Part shown: piece by piece, positions 1 to 13,115 of the stretch
Layout of the letters: each line of letters opens with the position of its first letter
Position numbering within the stretch: position 1 is the stretch's first letter
Source of the DNA: Squalus acanthias
Lineage: Eukaryota
Direction: 5' to 3'
NCBI GenBank assembly: GCA_030390025.1
Contig: CM059433.1
Location: 5,642,001-5,706,000, forward strand
DNA: 64,000 nucleotides
Made by a program: the position numbers and the translations under genes
The notes under the pieces: generated by a model
What the model was told of the DNA's origin: nothing
The model's input: only the letters and a program-made list of their open reading frames with translations
Database searches by the model: none

Positions 1-589
1 TAACAAAACTGTTGTGTTCTCATTTTAGCTGGCTGTGGACAGAATCTGGGGCTCAGCCAAAGCTAGAAAGGGCTTTGGGTATTGGAGGCGTTGCGTACCC
101 TAACATAATAGCCATTGATGCAAGAAAAAAAAAATATGTACTCTTGAAGGGTTCATTCAGTGAACGTGGAATAGCTGAATTTTATAGGTAAAAATCTAAA
201 CCTTTATATTAAGTAAGTTTTTTAATTGTTTTAATCACAGTTGTGCCCAGTTTTGTGTGCCCTACTTTAGGAAGGATGTATGCCATCAGATTTTAGGTCA
301 TTAGCCGCTTTGCATTTATGAAAAGGTGAAATTTCGACCAGCTTGTTTCAAGGCTGCAACCAAGTCAAACTTTAGTCTTCAGTCTCCTGAGCGATTAGAA
401 ACTCAAACTTTGGAAGTGGTTTTTAAACACTCCGTCACTAAATTTTATTGATGTGGGTTTAACACCCTGAATGAAGTGAAGGTTGGTGGAGGCACAGAAA
501 AACAGGAAGGCTAAGATTATAAAACTAAATTTAAATTAATGTCAAAATAAATAAGATGTAATGTAAGTTTGAAAGGATAATCACTAGTC

Positions 590-2145
590 CTAGTCCCTTT
601 GGGGCTATCCCGGATCAGGCGTATTTCTCAGATGTTCACTTTCAACTAAAGTTTGAGGTAGCCGAATCCTAAAGACGCTTAACTGGGTCTAAAGGTCTGG
701 GCTATCTCTCCCTAAAGGAAAGGAGCAACCCGAGAATGTTACCATCCTCCAGATAGCACTTTTAATAAGTTTAGCCAGACTGTAATGTCCCGGATATTAT
801 GAGGGTCCGGAGATCTCCTTCAGAAATGTACCTCTCCACCAAAGAGTGTACAGAGATTGGGTTCGCGAGTTATTGATACAGAAGACTTATGTGAGACATT
901 TCTAAAAATATAGAGATTTATTAAAAGAACCGACATGCAATTTACAGTTGGTGAATCAGTCAAATCGTAACGTTAACAGTTCTAAAAAGAGAAAAAATAC
1001 GATCTTATTAACAGAGAATCTTACTTTTAAATCTTAACTTCACTACAGTATTACAGTTCTTAAAATTTTCTATACAGGATATCCATCAATATCAAATTAC
1101 CTTCGATCCCCGAGGTACAAAGAGTGGAAGACCACAGAGCCGCCTCTAGTCGAGAATCGTTTTGCCCGATTAAAGCGATTCTGATATCCCATTTGAGACT
1201 TCAATATTTATACCCTTTTTCAGTTGTATCCCATAAGGTTTCTGCTGATCCAAGTTAATTATCACTATTCATCTTTCTGCTGACCTCTTGCAATTCTTAC
1301 TGCTACATCGGCAATAGTTATTGGGAGTTTTTACCATATAGGTGTGAAGGCAGATATTCCTTATTTCATGTGTCATCTTTACGAGGGCAGATGTTCCTTA
1401 TCTCGTGTCATCTTTACGAGGTTTAATTTAGATCACTTATCCAGGGTTGACCATTGTTCTGTTCCCAAAAGGCCAGCCACTCGGAGCCACCCATTCTTCT
1501 GTTTCAATAAGGTTATTTATTCAGGGTCAACAACTTGTCCTGTTTCAAAAGCCAGAATTCTTTCATAGCTATTTCATAGTTAGGTTTCTAAATTTCCAAA
1601 CCCAGTTTGTCATGTTTTAAAGAATTTATAAGGTAGAGTTCCTTATAAGGTACTCTTCAGGGTCAACCACTGTCTTATCTCAACAAGGCCAGAATTCTTT
1701 CATAAGATAGTGTATTTTTCTAAAAAGGCTATATAGTATATTTTTCTAAAAAGGTTATATTGTTGAGGCTGCCGCGAAACACGAATGGAGGCTGAATCCA
1801 TATGTGGAAAACAAGAAGCTTTTATTCACTGCATGGCAAAACAAAATGTCTGAGAAAGCTGCTCCCAGAATTCTCTGGGTAAACTCCCAGAATTCTCTGG
1901 GTAAAACCTGAGGCCCCGCCCCCTTCTGCCTTAAAGGGAAGGGGCTGGAAATTTGTCCACAGACGGAAGAGTGGATTATGCCCGTTTTAGGTGGCGATCC
2001 GCCACAATATAGTATATTCCTTCACAAGTTAAAGTTTTACTAAAATAACCTTAAAGGTACCGTGTAAGTTCAGTTAATTATTGTAAGGCTCGAGTGAGTC
2101 TTGAATATGTGATGTCAGACTTGAAGGGGTCTTAAATTTGCGACA
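590..2145 (-). mobile_element. Possible LTR-like remnant (boundaries uncertain)
   Basis: Minus strand has a TATA-like GGGTATAAATA near 1207-1217 followed by AATAAA near 917-922. Internal direct repeats (cagggtcaac...gccagaattctttcata near 1522-1567 and 1658-1704) resemble U3 enhancer repeats. No convincing TSD was found. Confidence 0.35.
1761..2006 (-). mobile_element. Solo LTR (Gypsy-like), 246 bp
   Basis: TGTTG...CCACA termini, ATAT flanking both sides (1757-1760 and 2007-2010), minus-strand AATAAA near 1820, and a short internal tandem duplication (ctcccagaattctctgggtaaa x2). Confidence 0.7.
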
Positions 2146-2300
2146 TAGTTCATGAACAATGAATTACAGAAAAATATCTTATTTGTATATAATTTATTTT
2201 CATGGTTAGTTTGGTAATCTTTATTTTGGCCTTCATTTCTTCATAAATTCACTGACCAGACACAAGCTATATTGGGTGAAAATGCTGGAACAGAGATACT

Positions 2301-3330
2301 GGCCGGAATTGTCCCCAGCTAAGCGGGTTGGGGGCGGGGGGCCTCAGAGGCTGGTGGGAAACTCGGGAGGCCGGGTTTCCCGCAGGCCTTGAGAAGCTGC
2401 TGGCTGTGGGTGGGTAGGCCTCCGAAGCGAGGGGCCGGTTCGGGGGAGGGATCAGCAATTGGGAGGGGGAGAGAGCATCGGCAGGGGTCGGGGATCAGGA
2501 GGGGGGAGAGAGCATCGGCAGGGGTCGGGGATCAGGAGGGGGGAGAGAGCATTGGCAGGGGTCGGGGATCAGGAGGGGGGAGAGAGTATCGGCAGGGGTC
2601 GGGGATCGCGGGGGGTGGGGAAGAGAGCATCGGTAGGGGTCAGGGATCATGGCAGGGGAAGAGAGCAGCGGCAGGGGTCAGGGATCGTGGGGGGGCAGAG
2701 AGCATCGGCAGGGGTCGGGGATCGCAGCAGTGGGAGAGTGAATCAGCAGGGGTCGGGGATCGCTGGGGAGAGAGAGCATTGGTAGGGGTTGGGGATTGCG
2801 AAGCGGGGAAGAGAGTATCAGAAAGTGTCGGGGATCGCGGTGGGGGGTTTGGTCGGCCGGGTATCGGTAGAGATGAGGTCGGACAGGGATCTAGGGGCGT
2901 GGAGAGAGGATTGGGGCTGGCCTCATCATCAGCGTTAGAGGGGGAGGCTGGGAAGGTGATCGGAGGCCTCGTGAAAGGGGGACTCCGATCGCGGGGGGTG
3001 GGTTAGGTAGGGTCCCTGGATCTAGGAGGGAGGTATAAAGCCACTTACCTCCTGGATGCAGCAGTCTCCACCTCGGTTTAACTGCTGGGTTTCACGAATT
3101 GTGTGAAACCCGTCCCCATGCAGTTAAAAACAAAATGGAGAGGAAAAAGAGGCTTCCAGCCTCATTACATTATTTAAACTGAGATAATGCCCCCTGGGAG
3201 CGGGTTGGTCTCCCGTCCCCATCCCGCCTCCGGAAGTGGGTGGGTTGGAGGCAGAATCAAGTCAGGAATCCCATTTGTAATGCTTTAACTGCCCCAAAGC
3301 CACCCGTTTTTTTAGGGGAAAATTCCGGCT
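2301..3330. mobile_element. Non-autonomous Harbinger-type MITE with internal G-rich minisatellite
   Basis: TIRs GGCCGGAATTGTCCCC / GGGGAAAATTCCGGCT; TSD ACT at 2298-2300 and 3331-3333. Confidence 0.8.
2440..2850 (+). repeat. G-rich ~37-39-bp minisatellite (ggcaggggtcggggatcaggagggggggagagagcatc), about 10 degrading copies
   Basis: Direct reading; it accounts for ORFs 2389..3006 and 2459..2785. Confidence 0.85.
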
Positions 3331-4051
3331 ACTGCAACTGTGCTCCAGTTGTCTAGATAAAATACGTTGAGTATTTTGCTTTTGGGAGTTGGAATCCTTG
3401 CACAGATACTGATCTTAAAAAATCTTGAAAATTGTTGAATTAAAAATAACTTTCCTTAAATATTTATTGTTTCATTAGAAGGGAATGTTTATCCTTCACT
3501 GACCCTAAATATGCTGGTATAACCCACTTCCTTTTTTGATCAGCATTTATAAGAGCCTCCAAACCAAGCTACTAAGTAATCCACATAGGCAGGGATTATG
3601 TACTGAATTTTCCTGAATGTACCCAGGAGGGTCAGAGCAGCACTTCTTCCCAATCCTGGCATGACCCCAGCCCAGTTACCTGGGTTGGGAAGGGAATCAT
3701 TAAGTATTCAGGGTATGTGCCTTGCAGGATCCTCAATAGCTAAAGGAAGCTTGCCCCTTCCGGCCAGGAAAACTCAGGCAGTATCTGAATAGGAGGCCAC
3801 TTAAGTGGGTGGAAGAGCACCACAGGTCATAAAGGACTTTATTGCTAGACCTTGTACTGGGCCCAGGCCTAAAAAGCGGAATGTTTAAGGCCTATGGGGC
3901 GAAGAGGAGGTGCCCATTAATGGTCCTTTTCCATCCAAAAAAGGGATCAAGGGCCTTTTGCCACTGCAATAAGGACTACTCCCACCCTTCTCATAAGAAT
4001 AAAGGAACAGGATACCGTTGTGAACTCTGATTTGATCTATTCCTGGAGATT

Positions 4052-4142
4052 TGATCATGTGACATTTGATCACATGGCATTCGATCACGTGACATTGCAC
4101 ATGTGATGCTTAATCATATGACATTCGATCACGTGACATTTG
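4052..4142. repeat. ~15-bp tandem repeat (gatcacgtgacattc-like) rich in E-boxes
   Basis: About 6 degenerate units, including two TCACGTGA and several CATGTG/CACATG/CATATG. Confidence 0.7.
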
Positions 4143-4639
4143 CCCACTGTTTGCAAATGTGATTTAATTCACCTTAGTTGAGCGTCTATGTAACACCAAG
4201 CCCTGAATAAAATATTTTACTTTTTGTTTAGTAGTGAGATGAATAACATCATTTATGAATCAAAGAAAGAATACAAAACAATAGAAAGATTTAAGGATAA
4301 GTAATGTTTAAATAAAAGCTATTTCTGTGATATTTCTACAGTATTGACCACAATGAGAAACACCAAGTAAATTCCACTGATTCACCAAAAAAATCATCGA
4401 TATAAGTAATTGATAACTAAAGTTTTCATACAATTTTATGACTTTTTACAATACACAGCAAGTTATAAAAATAATAAATAAAACCGAAACCAAGCTTAAT
4501 TAAATTCACTGACTCCCACTGCTGAAACCCATCTTCAGGGAGGTGAGGCTCAGTCCTCAGGGAGGAGCACCAAAGCTGCCTGAGTCCTGGAACGAAACAC
4601 ATTATACAACCATGCACATCACAGGCTGACATGAACTCT

Positions 4640-5138
4640 CACTCTCTCCAGTTTGTGTTTCTCCCATCCCCCAATTTGTGTTGCTCTCTCCCTCCCTCCC
4701 CCAGTTTGTTTTTCTCTCCCTCCCTCCCTAGTTTGATTCTCTCTTTCCCCACCCCCCCCCCACCCCCATTTGTGTTGCTCTCTCCTCTCAGTTTGTGTTG
4801 CGCTCTCTTTCCCTCCCTCCTCCAGTTTGTTTCTCTCCTCCAGTTTGTGTTTTTCTCTCTCTCTATAATCAGGACTCACGGAGTTTCCAGGTGATTTTCG
4901 TTGACCTCAAAGCCGCCATCCTCACAACCGGCAAGGAAGCAGTGTGTTCCGAATAGCGGGGTGACCAGCAGGGCCCAGATAATGCAGATTGGCTGCAAGC
5001 CAAGACAGCCGGGGTACTGCGCATGCGCGATCCACGCATACAAAGACTGTTTCTCCCGAGTCACCAGCAGCTACACTCAGGATACCAATCACCAATTCTG
5101 GGAAACTCCCATCGAAAGCGGGAGGGTTGGGAACCCTA
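4640..5138. mobile_element. Fragment of a non-autonomous DNA element with pyrimidine-rich internal repeat
   Basis: ccagtttgtgttgctctc-type repeats at 4645-4860, a GCGCATGCGC motif, and a terminus-like agggttgggaacccta. The other end was not found. Confidence 0.4.
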
Positions 5139-5242
5139 GAATAGGAGTAGGCCATTCAAATCCTTGAGCCTTTTCTATCATTCAATTAGATCATGGCCTA
5201 TCTGTACCTCAATTTCATTTATCCGCCTTTGAACAATATCCT

Positions 5243-6431
5243 ATAGATGTTATTTATATGGACTTCCTGAAGGCATTTGATAAAGTCCCACATAAGAGAC
5301 TGTTAACTAAAGTAGAAGCCCACAGAATTGAGGGCAAATTATTGACCTGGTTAGGAAATTGGCTGAGCGGCAGGAGACTGGCAGTAGGGATAATGAGTAG
5401 GTACTCAAATTGGCAGGATGTGACTAGTAGTGTCCCGCAGGGATCTGTGTTGGGGCCTCAACTATTCACAGTATTTACTAATGACTTAGATGATGGCATA
5501 GAAAGTCATATATCCAAATTTGCCGATGACACAAAGACAGGTGGAATTGTAGGCAGTGTAGATGAAAGCATAACATTACAAAGGGATATCGACAGATTAA
5601 GTGAATGGGCAAAACTGTGGCAAATAGATTTCAATGTAGGTAAATGTGAGGTCATCCACTTTGGACCTAAAAAGGATAGAACAGGGGACTTTCTAAATGG
5701 TGAAAGGCTAAAAACAGTGGAGGTCCAAAGAGACTTGGGGGTCCAGGTAAATAAATCATTAAAATGTCATGAATGGGTACAGAAAATAATTAAAAGGGCT
5801 AATGGAATGCTGGCCTTTATATCTAGAGGACTAGAATACAAGGGGGGTAGAAGTTATGCTGCAGCTGTACAAAACCCTGGTTAGACCACACCTGGAGTAC
5901 TGCGAGCAGTTCTGGGCACCACACCTTAGGAAGGATATATTGGCCTTGGAGGGAGTGCAGCGTAGGTTTACCAGAACTCTGACTTCGGGTTAAGTTACGA
6001 GGAGAGATTACACAAATTAGGGTTGTGTTCTCTCGAATTTAGAAGGTTAAAGGGTGATCTGATCGAAGTTTTCAGGATATTAAGGGGAACAGATAGGGTC
6101 GATAGAGAGAAACTAATTCCGCTGGTTGGGGATTCTAGGACTAGGGGGCATAGTCTAAAAATTAGAGCCAGACCTTTCAGGAGTGAAATTAGGAAACTCT
6201 TCTATACATAAAGGGTGACAGAAGTTTGGAACTCTCTTCCGTAAATGACAATTGATGCTAGATCAATTGTTAATTTTAAATCTAAGATTGATAGCTTTTT
6301 GTTAACTAAAGGTATTAAGGCATATGGGCCGAAGGCAGGTATGTGGAGTTAGGTTGCAGATCAGCCATGATCTCATTGAATGGCGGAACAGGCTCGAGGG
6401 GCTGAATGGCCTACTCCTGTTCCTATGTTCC
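5243..6431 (+). mobile_element. CR1 LINE, 5'-truncated ORF2 (RT) plus 3' UTR, nested in an older minus-strand CR1 3' fragment (5139-5242 and 6432-6570)
   Basis: DFLKAFDKVPH, VPQGSVLGP and KFADDTK RT motifs; frameshift near 5845; ends in the CR1 stem-loop and ttcctatg tail. Confidence 0.92.
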
Positions 6432-6573
6432 TATCCCTTAATACCCTTGCCTATTAAAAATCTGTAAATCTCAATCTTGAAAATTTCAATTGACCCAGCA
6501 TCAGAGCCTTTTGTGGAAGAAATTAAAGATTTCCTTACTCTTGTGCTTCCTGATTTCACTTCTGAACGGCCTA

Positions 6574-7040
6574 GCTGTAATCACTCCCACACTGATCTCT
6601 CTGTCCTCGGCCTATTACATTGTTCCAATAAAGCTCAACGTAAGCTCGAGGAACAGCACCTCATCTTTCGATTAGGCACTTTACAGCCTTCTGGACTCAA
6701 CATTGAGTTCAACAATTTCAAACTATAACCCCTGCCCCCATTTTTCATGCTGTATGATTTTGCCATTCCCATTTGCAACATTTAATTTTTCCTGCCTCTT
6801 ACATAAGCACAGTATATTCCTTCAATTCCTTCCTCCCCTCCCACCGCCCCCCCCCCCCGTCTCTGCACCTGTTTAATATCTGTTACATCTCCAGCTTTTT
6901 CCAGTTCTGATGAAGGGTCCCAGACCTGAAACGTTAACTCTGTTTCTCTCTCCACGGATGCTGCCTGGCCTGCTGAGTATTTCCAGCATTTTCTGTTGTT
7001 ATTTCAGATTTGCAGCATCCGCAGTATTTTGCTATTGTAT
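6574..7040 (+). mobile_element. Penelope-like element 3' end (GIY-YIG C-terminus plus pseudo-LTR)
   Basis: Peptide LSVLGLLHCSNKAQRKLEEQHLIFRLGTLQPSGLN is typical of the PLE endonuclease tail; the downstream pLTR contains a hammerhead motif. Confidence 0.85.
6903..6939 (+). ncRNA. Minimal type I hammerhead ribozyme motif
   Basis: AGTT-CTGATGA-AGGGTC(CCA)GACCT-GAAA-CGTT-AACT: helix I AGTT/AACT, complete catalytic core, palindromic helix III (AACGTT), GUU cleavage triplet. Confidence 0.8.
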
Positions 7041-7701
7041 TATAAGTGTGGAGTCTCATTCCTTCAGGTTTCAATTGTTGGAGATTTTAAAAATGTCAAA
7101 TTTAAAAAAATTTTTTTTAACTTTTCCTTTCAGTCTCTTTTTTTCTATCTCAATCCAATCTTTCTTTCCCTCTCTTTATTTCTCTTTCTGTACCTGATTT
7201 GACATTGAATTCACCCACTGTAATTTACACTTCCTGCTCAGTCCTTACACTGTTAATTTCACAATCCTTCAATCTCATTGGTTAAGGCGATACACAGTTG
7301 CTTGCCCAGTTTACTCAGGTCCCAGATGCCCTGTTTCCCTCGCTGCAACATTGTCATCTCACACTTTCAGCAACTTGCCACGCAAAAATGTTTAAAACCT
7401 AAACATGCAAAGCTAACTAACGGCAAATGCAGTTCGATGCCCTGCCACAACAAATTATGGGCCATTACTGCTGAATATGCGCATGTTTTACACCAGTTTT
7501 TATGTTCCGGCATAGGCAAATTAGCTTCACAGGAAATTTAGGCACATGTTCTTGACAGCAAGATTGGCACAAATTTTGGCATAATTTCTGCGAAAGTGCA
7601 ATCCAGAAAATTCCATATCTATATAGAGAATACTTAAGAAAATTTGAGTCTGACACCAATTATGGTTGCAACTTAAACCTTTTATTGTGTTCACACTTAA
7701 T

Positions 7702-10700
7702 GGGCTGCATTTTGTCAGTGTGGGCGGGCTGGGGCGTGACAGGTGGAAATCGTGTCAGGACCCCGACTCCGAAGTGAAGTGCTGAAAAAGTGTGATTTTC
7801 CCCTAATTGGGCAATTGATTTCCTGCGTGTAGGAACCCCTGGCCCTATGAGTCTTTTCATACAGAAAGTCGCCTCCGATGACGTCATCAGTGCTGCTGGA
7901 TTTAAGACCCGCAAGCAGCCTTGCTTCCTCTGGAGACTGCAAAGGCTCTGCAAATTGTATGAAGGTGTTGATTTCCCAACAATGTCCACGATCAAGCAAA
8001 AGTGTGCACCTCGGTTTGATGAGCCCTCCCTCCAAGCTCTGGTGCATGGATCCAGCTGTAATAAGGAGGTGCTGTTCCCTTCCTCAGGGAGAAAAAAGCC
8101 ACCACAACAGACTAAAGCTGTGTGGCTGCAAGTGGCCCACGAGGTCAACTCCATTTCGCTGAGCTGCAGAACCTGGCTGCAATGCAGGAAGAGGTTTCAT
8201 GATCTTCTCCGCACAGGAAAAGTGAGTATGACTTTCCCATCACCCTCAATCTGATCCCCATCGCCTCTCCTCACCAGCACTCTGCTTTGCCAACCTCTTC
8301 CTCCACATACCACTTGACACTTACATGCCTGCACCCTTACCCATTCCCTCTCTCTCGAAGGTCACATTCACTTAACCATTCGACCGTGCAGCACTCACAC
8401 TCCCTATCACTGTGATGCCATGACAACAACAACTTTCAACACACAGGGATGGTCCTTTGTATCCTTCTAATCATCTATGCTATGGATTATCTACACTCAC
8501 TCCTTCATTCTCACTCAAACTCCACTTGTGTCCCTCATTGCAGGAAAAGAGAGCCCACAATAAGAGGTAAAGAGCCATGACAGGAGGAGGGCCACCCTCA
8601 GTAGCCCAGCTCACCGCCTGGGAGGAGGCGGCCCTGGAAATCGCGGGGATCGAGGAGGGTTCCCAAGTGGGGGACGGACAGATGGGCGCATCGCAGCAAG
8701 CTGGTGACAGAATAGTTTGGCATCTCTCTCATTGACATTGCATGAGTCACTGATAATGAATCTGATGCTCTAACAGATTGACTTATGATCATCTGCACTA
8801 TTCAATGTTCATGTAACCTTGACCTCACATCTCTAACTCTTTCCTTTACTCCCCCACAGGACCATCGAAAGCCCCCGCCCCCACTGTCCAGGAGGAAGAG
8901 CCTGAGCTTCCAGACTCCTCAGAGGAAGCTGCAACCTCTGAGGGCGCAGCCTCAGCAGAATTCGACGCACCCAGCACCAGCGCAGACACTCGCACCTCGG
9001 TGGGACCTTCGCGAGATAGAGTAGTGTTGTCACCTGGTGTATCACAGCTCACAAGTGAGCATCAGCAGATGGTGGAGACAGGGACAGCAGTGGAGAGTCC
9101 TCGTCGGAGGGCGCAGGACTCTGCCAGCTCGGCTCAGCTGCATGTCGACCCTGTGCCTCCGGGTCCATCCAGAATGAGAGCGGTGCTGGAACTCCAGGAA
9201 CAGGTGCAGGAGTCTCTGGTAGGTTTTATCTCCAGGGTTGCTGCGAGTGTCGAGCGAATGGAGGAGTCCATCGCGAACATGAGCAAAGCCTTTGTGGAGG
9301 CATTGGTGCATGAACGCATCACCACGGAAAGGATGGCAACCTCCGTGGAAAGGATGGCTACAGTAGAGGAGAGGATGGTTACGGCCATGGAGGAGCTAAG
9401 TCGCCAGAGTGTAGAAAACCTGGTCATTGTTCAGAATAGACTGACATCTCTTGAGGAGCGATGGTCAGCTACTGAGCATAGAAACCAGACCTTCATGGAA
9501 GTCCTCTGGAGTAGGACTTCCAGTGCAGAAACGGGTCCTCATGGCCCCCCTGAAGTCCAGCAAGGTGCTGTCAAGCCACTTGCTAGCTCTGAAGTGGGGC
9601 TGACCCATGAGAGGGATGTTGGTGGCAGACAACAAGGAAGTGGGGGCTCCTCTCCAAGCGCTCAAACGACCATGCCACTGCAAAGCCCTCGGTCAGAGTC
9701 CTCACCCAGCTGAGATGGGCGTCTCATCCCCTGCACAGCCGCAGGAGCAGCAGACTGTTGCCGAGCCCTCACAGGTTCGCAACCCCAGAGGACGGCCGCC
9801 AAAGGTGTCGAGACAGGAGCAGCAAGAAAGTGAGCAAGGGGCCTCCACATCTGCTGAAGCCACAGGGGAAGCACCACGTAGGAGCTTGCATAAGAGGAAG
9901 ATAATGCACAAGTAGTCACAAGGGTAGTCACTTGGGTGTTATGTTGTGTTTATTTTTGAAATGCCACCAGTTGCTTGTTGTGATAAAAAATTCTGATGGC
10001 AAACTGTTGAAGTTGTGGCCTGTGTCATTTCGCAAATGGGACTTCCACATTGAGGGCTTAGAGCGACTTGCAATTGTCAGTATGGTGGTCAGAGTGATAG
10101 GAATCCGCAGGTTCTTGTCCATTGTCGATGCTCTGGTAAGAAGGTGCGAGGCAAAAGTGTTTGATTGTACAGGCTAAGCAAATGTGACCAACATGAGTGC
10201 GTCCCTTGCATCCCGGGCAGCAATATGGTCGCGCTCTGGCGACTTCTGGCCTGTGCATCTTCAGGTGGGTGACTAGCAGCTTGGCGCTCCTGTTGATGCT
10301 CGTGCTGTTGGTGCTGCTGTTGCTCATGGTTCTGCTGCTGCCACAGCTGGTCTTCATCCGAATCTGATGTTCAGGAGGAAAGGAATTAAATGGTCGCCAT
10401 GCTTCTGGTATATGCCCCAGTTGAGGAAGCGCTTAGTCAAGGTGGGGAGAGGGGTTTCCCAGGAGGTCACACTGGAGATGGGTATCAGGCTCCAAACTTC
10501 CACAACACTGAGTATGCCTGCTAAAAGCTCCCCCAGACCTGAAACAACAAAGTCTGCCACCTGCAAATGATCATTGGTGAAAACTCCTTTGTAATGGTGG
10601 AGCTGCAGCTGTTCGTAAGCAATCCACTTGTGAGGCCGCCAGCATTACCTGGCGTGTTCCAGAGGAGGCGTGAGGGATGGGGGGAATGACTAAAAATCGG

Positions 10701-10918
10701 AAAGGCCTCTCAAAATGGGATTATAGAGGCTATTAAGTGGTTGTTAAGGGCCTTAAGGGCCTATCCCGCCTCTTGGAGGCGGGATGGAAAGGGGGTCAGA
10801 AAACACACTTTTGGGAAAATTGCTCGGAGGCGGGATCAGGCCCGTCCGCCATTTTTGGTGATTTTAACAACTCACACGCCTCCAATCCCGCCTCCTCGGG
10901 CCTGGCAAAATCGAGCCC
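7702..10918 (+). mobile_element. PIF/Harbinger element with Myb/SANT gene and largely deleted transposase
   Basis: Imperfect TIRs GGGCTGCATTTTGTCAG / CTGGCAAAATCGAGCCC; TSD AAT (7699-7701 and 10919-10921). A Q-rich minus-strand segment near 10200-10400 resembles a transposase N-terminal remnant. Confidence 0.8.
7982..9915 (+). pseudogene. Harbinger Myb/SANT-like DNA-binding protein gene, 3 exons (7982-8221, 8544-8703, 8860-9915), with stop and frameshift
   Basis: APRFDEPSLQALV...W..VA..VN....RTWLQCRKRFHDL, then GT-AG introns, then EKRAHN...TGGG. In-frame TAA in exon 2 and a frameshift near 9700. Confidence 0.85.
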
Positions 10919-11821
10919 AATGTCTCTAAGCAGTAGTCGTACAGAGAAATAAACACAATTACCCCGGTTTTCCTCTGAATAGAGACGTAACCTTTATTGA
11001 ACTTTTCGTTCTTGTATCCCTACCAATTGTGAAGGAAACCTCAATATCTTTATAGGCCTCTAGTCAGGCATACTGTCCTTGTAATCTTGATAACAAGAGT
11101 TTGTTGTAAAAAAACAGACCCCCAGAAATGAGGTAGTTCCTGACAAAACACCAGATGCTAACTTGTTTACCATCAAGCATGTAACTAATCATCTTGGGCC
11201 CATTGTCCCTTTTCCGATTTTAAGACTAGCTCATTTCACAATGTATTGACAAAGTCAAGTCAAACAGGCACGAATCACACATCCTGTACTTCAGCAGGAA
11301 ACAATCGGCACAGTCAGCTAAATTGTGCACTGACATTATTTCTAGCTACAATACAAATCCACAAGCCATCCACAAGTTTAAAAGAAAGCAAAAACCTTAA
11401 AATCATAAGAGATTAAACCAAATCCTAATCCTACGCATATGTATATATACACGAATAGGGTCTCTTACAATACTGGATAACTTTTTGTGACACACAAGGA
11501 TGTAATCCAGTAGAAGGGTTCAGATGATATAAATTGCAAATACCAAAACTTAAGTATTCATGTATTGTCAAGTAAAGCCTGAGATTGGATTACTGTTTTA
11601 AATTGATTGGTATTGTATCGTATGTAGCAATTTCCTATTGTCTGTGTATCAATCAGTTGCTATTGAAATAATGTGTTACAGTAGTTGTAGTTTCAGTGGT
11701 AATAATGATCATCATGTATCATGACTGTGCATCATGTAAAACCTTAAGAAGTGTTGAGTCTTCAGTATTGCAAAAAAAAATGTTGACAGTAAATTATGAA
11801 AATTGTTACCGTCAATTCATT

Positions 11822-12547
11822 GGCCAGGATTTTGCGGTCAGTGGCGAAGGGACGGCGCTCGCCGCTGACCTCAAAAAAAGCTGCCCACAAAGATTTAGTG
11901 GGCTGTTTAGAGTGTAGAATTCCTCTATTCCGACGTCATTTTGAATTTGGTAGCATCTATAGGGGATCTGTGTCATCCAGCAATAGGCAGGCTGATCAGC
12001 CAATCAGATTGAAGAATTCTCATAGCCAGCAAAGCAGGAAGTAAAAAACAAAGAATATAATTCACATTTAAATCATTGTGCAGAAAGCAAAATAAAGATT
12101 GGGACATACACATGGGATTAAGGGAGAAGCTTAAATATAAAACAAACTTAAAAAAAATAAAAGCAATTTTTAAATGTTCTTCTGAGGGAATGAGACTCCA
12201 TACTTGTAAAATTAGTTTTTCAGGGCCAGAGAGGTTGTTCAGCAGTAATTATGACTTAGTACACAGTTAAAAACTTAGTTACTCCTGATTGAACAAGGCT
12301 TAACATTTTCATTCGTTTTTACAGCGAGAATAGTACATAAATAGTTGAAGTTCACATCAAATCAGTGATTCTGTGTTGATTCCATCTGTGAAGACTACAA
12401 CAGCGCACCCTGTGGAGGAGCAGGGTTACACTGACAGCAACTTCCGGATTTTCCCGTTTAACTGCGCATGTGCAGATGCCAGAAGTTGCTGTCAATTTTA
12501 CACAGCGCTGACAGCCTCGCCGTTATTACTAATGCAAAATCCGGGCC
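11822..12547. mobile_element. Harbinger-type MITE
   Basis: TIRs GGCCAGGATTTTGC / GCAAAATCCGGGCC; TSD ATT on both sides. Confidence 0.85.
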
Positions 12548-13115
12548 ATTATGTTTTAATTTTAACTGAGAATGTTTTGCAAACGTGAGTTTTTGCTACA
12601 GTAACCCATTTTCTTTGGACCAGGTCTTTTAAGTCAAAATCAATTTGTCTTAAAATTCTGTCTTATGGTTATTGAAATTACATGGTACAATAATTAAAAC
12701 TGATTCAAATAAGATGCTTAAAATGCAAAGTAGGGTGATGAATACTTTATTTGAATCTAACAGTAAAAATGGTATGTGATATATTCTCACATTTTGATTG
12801 TGAAATACAGAAAAAAATAATTGTGAAGAAGCTTCCTTTCCCTTCCAATGTAATAAAGTAACCATTGTGTTTTAATTATTGCTGATCAATAGAAAACTTT
12901 CTACGGGACATATTTCCAGAACACCAATAAGTGATGTTTTTCCGAAAGTCAAAACAGTGAAACGCTGGGATGGCAAAAAGGAAGAAGTAAGTTACTTCTA
13001 TTTAATTAGGACTCATAGATATAGACCTGGTTGAAGATTTATTACTTTAAAACATAGAATGGAGTATTATTTGTCTTTGAGTCTGTAATTTTTTGTTTAA
13101 ATTATTAAAAACAAT

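Noticed and set aside
2389..3006. Gly/Arg-rich 205-aa ORF
   Set aside because: Translation of a G-rich minisatellite inside a MITE.
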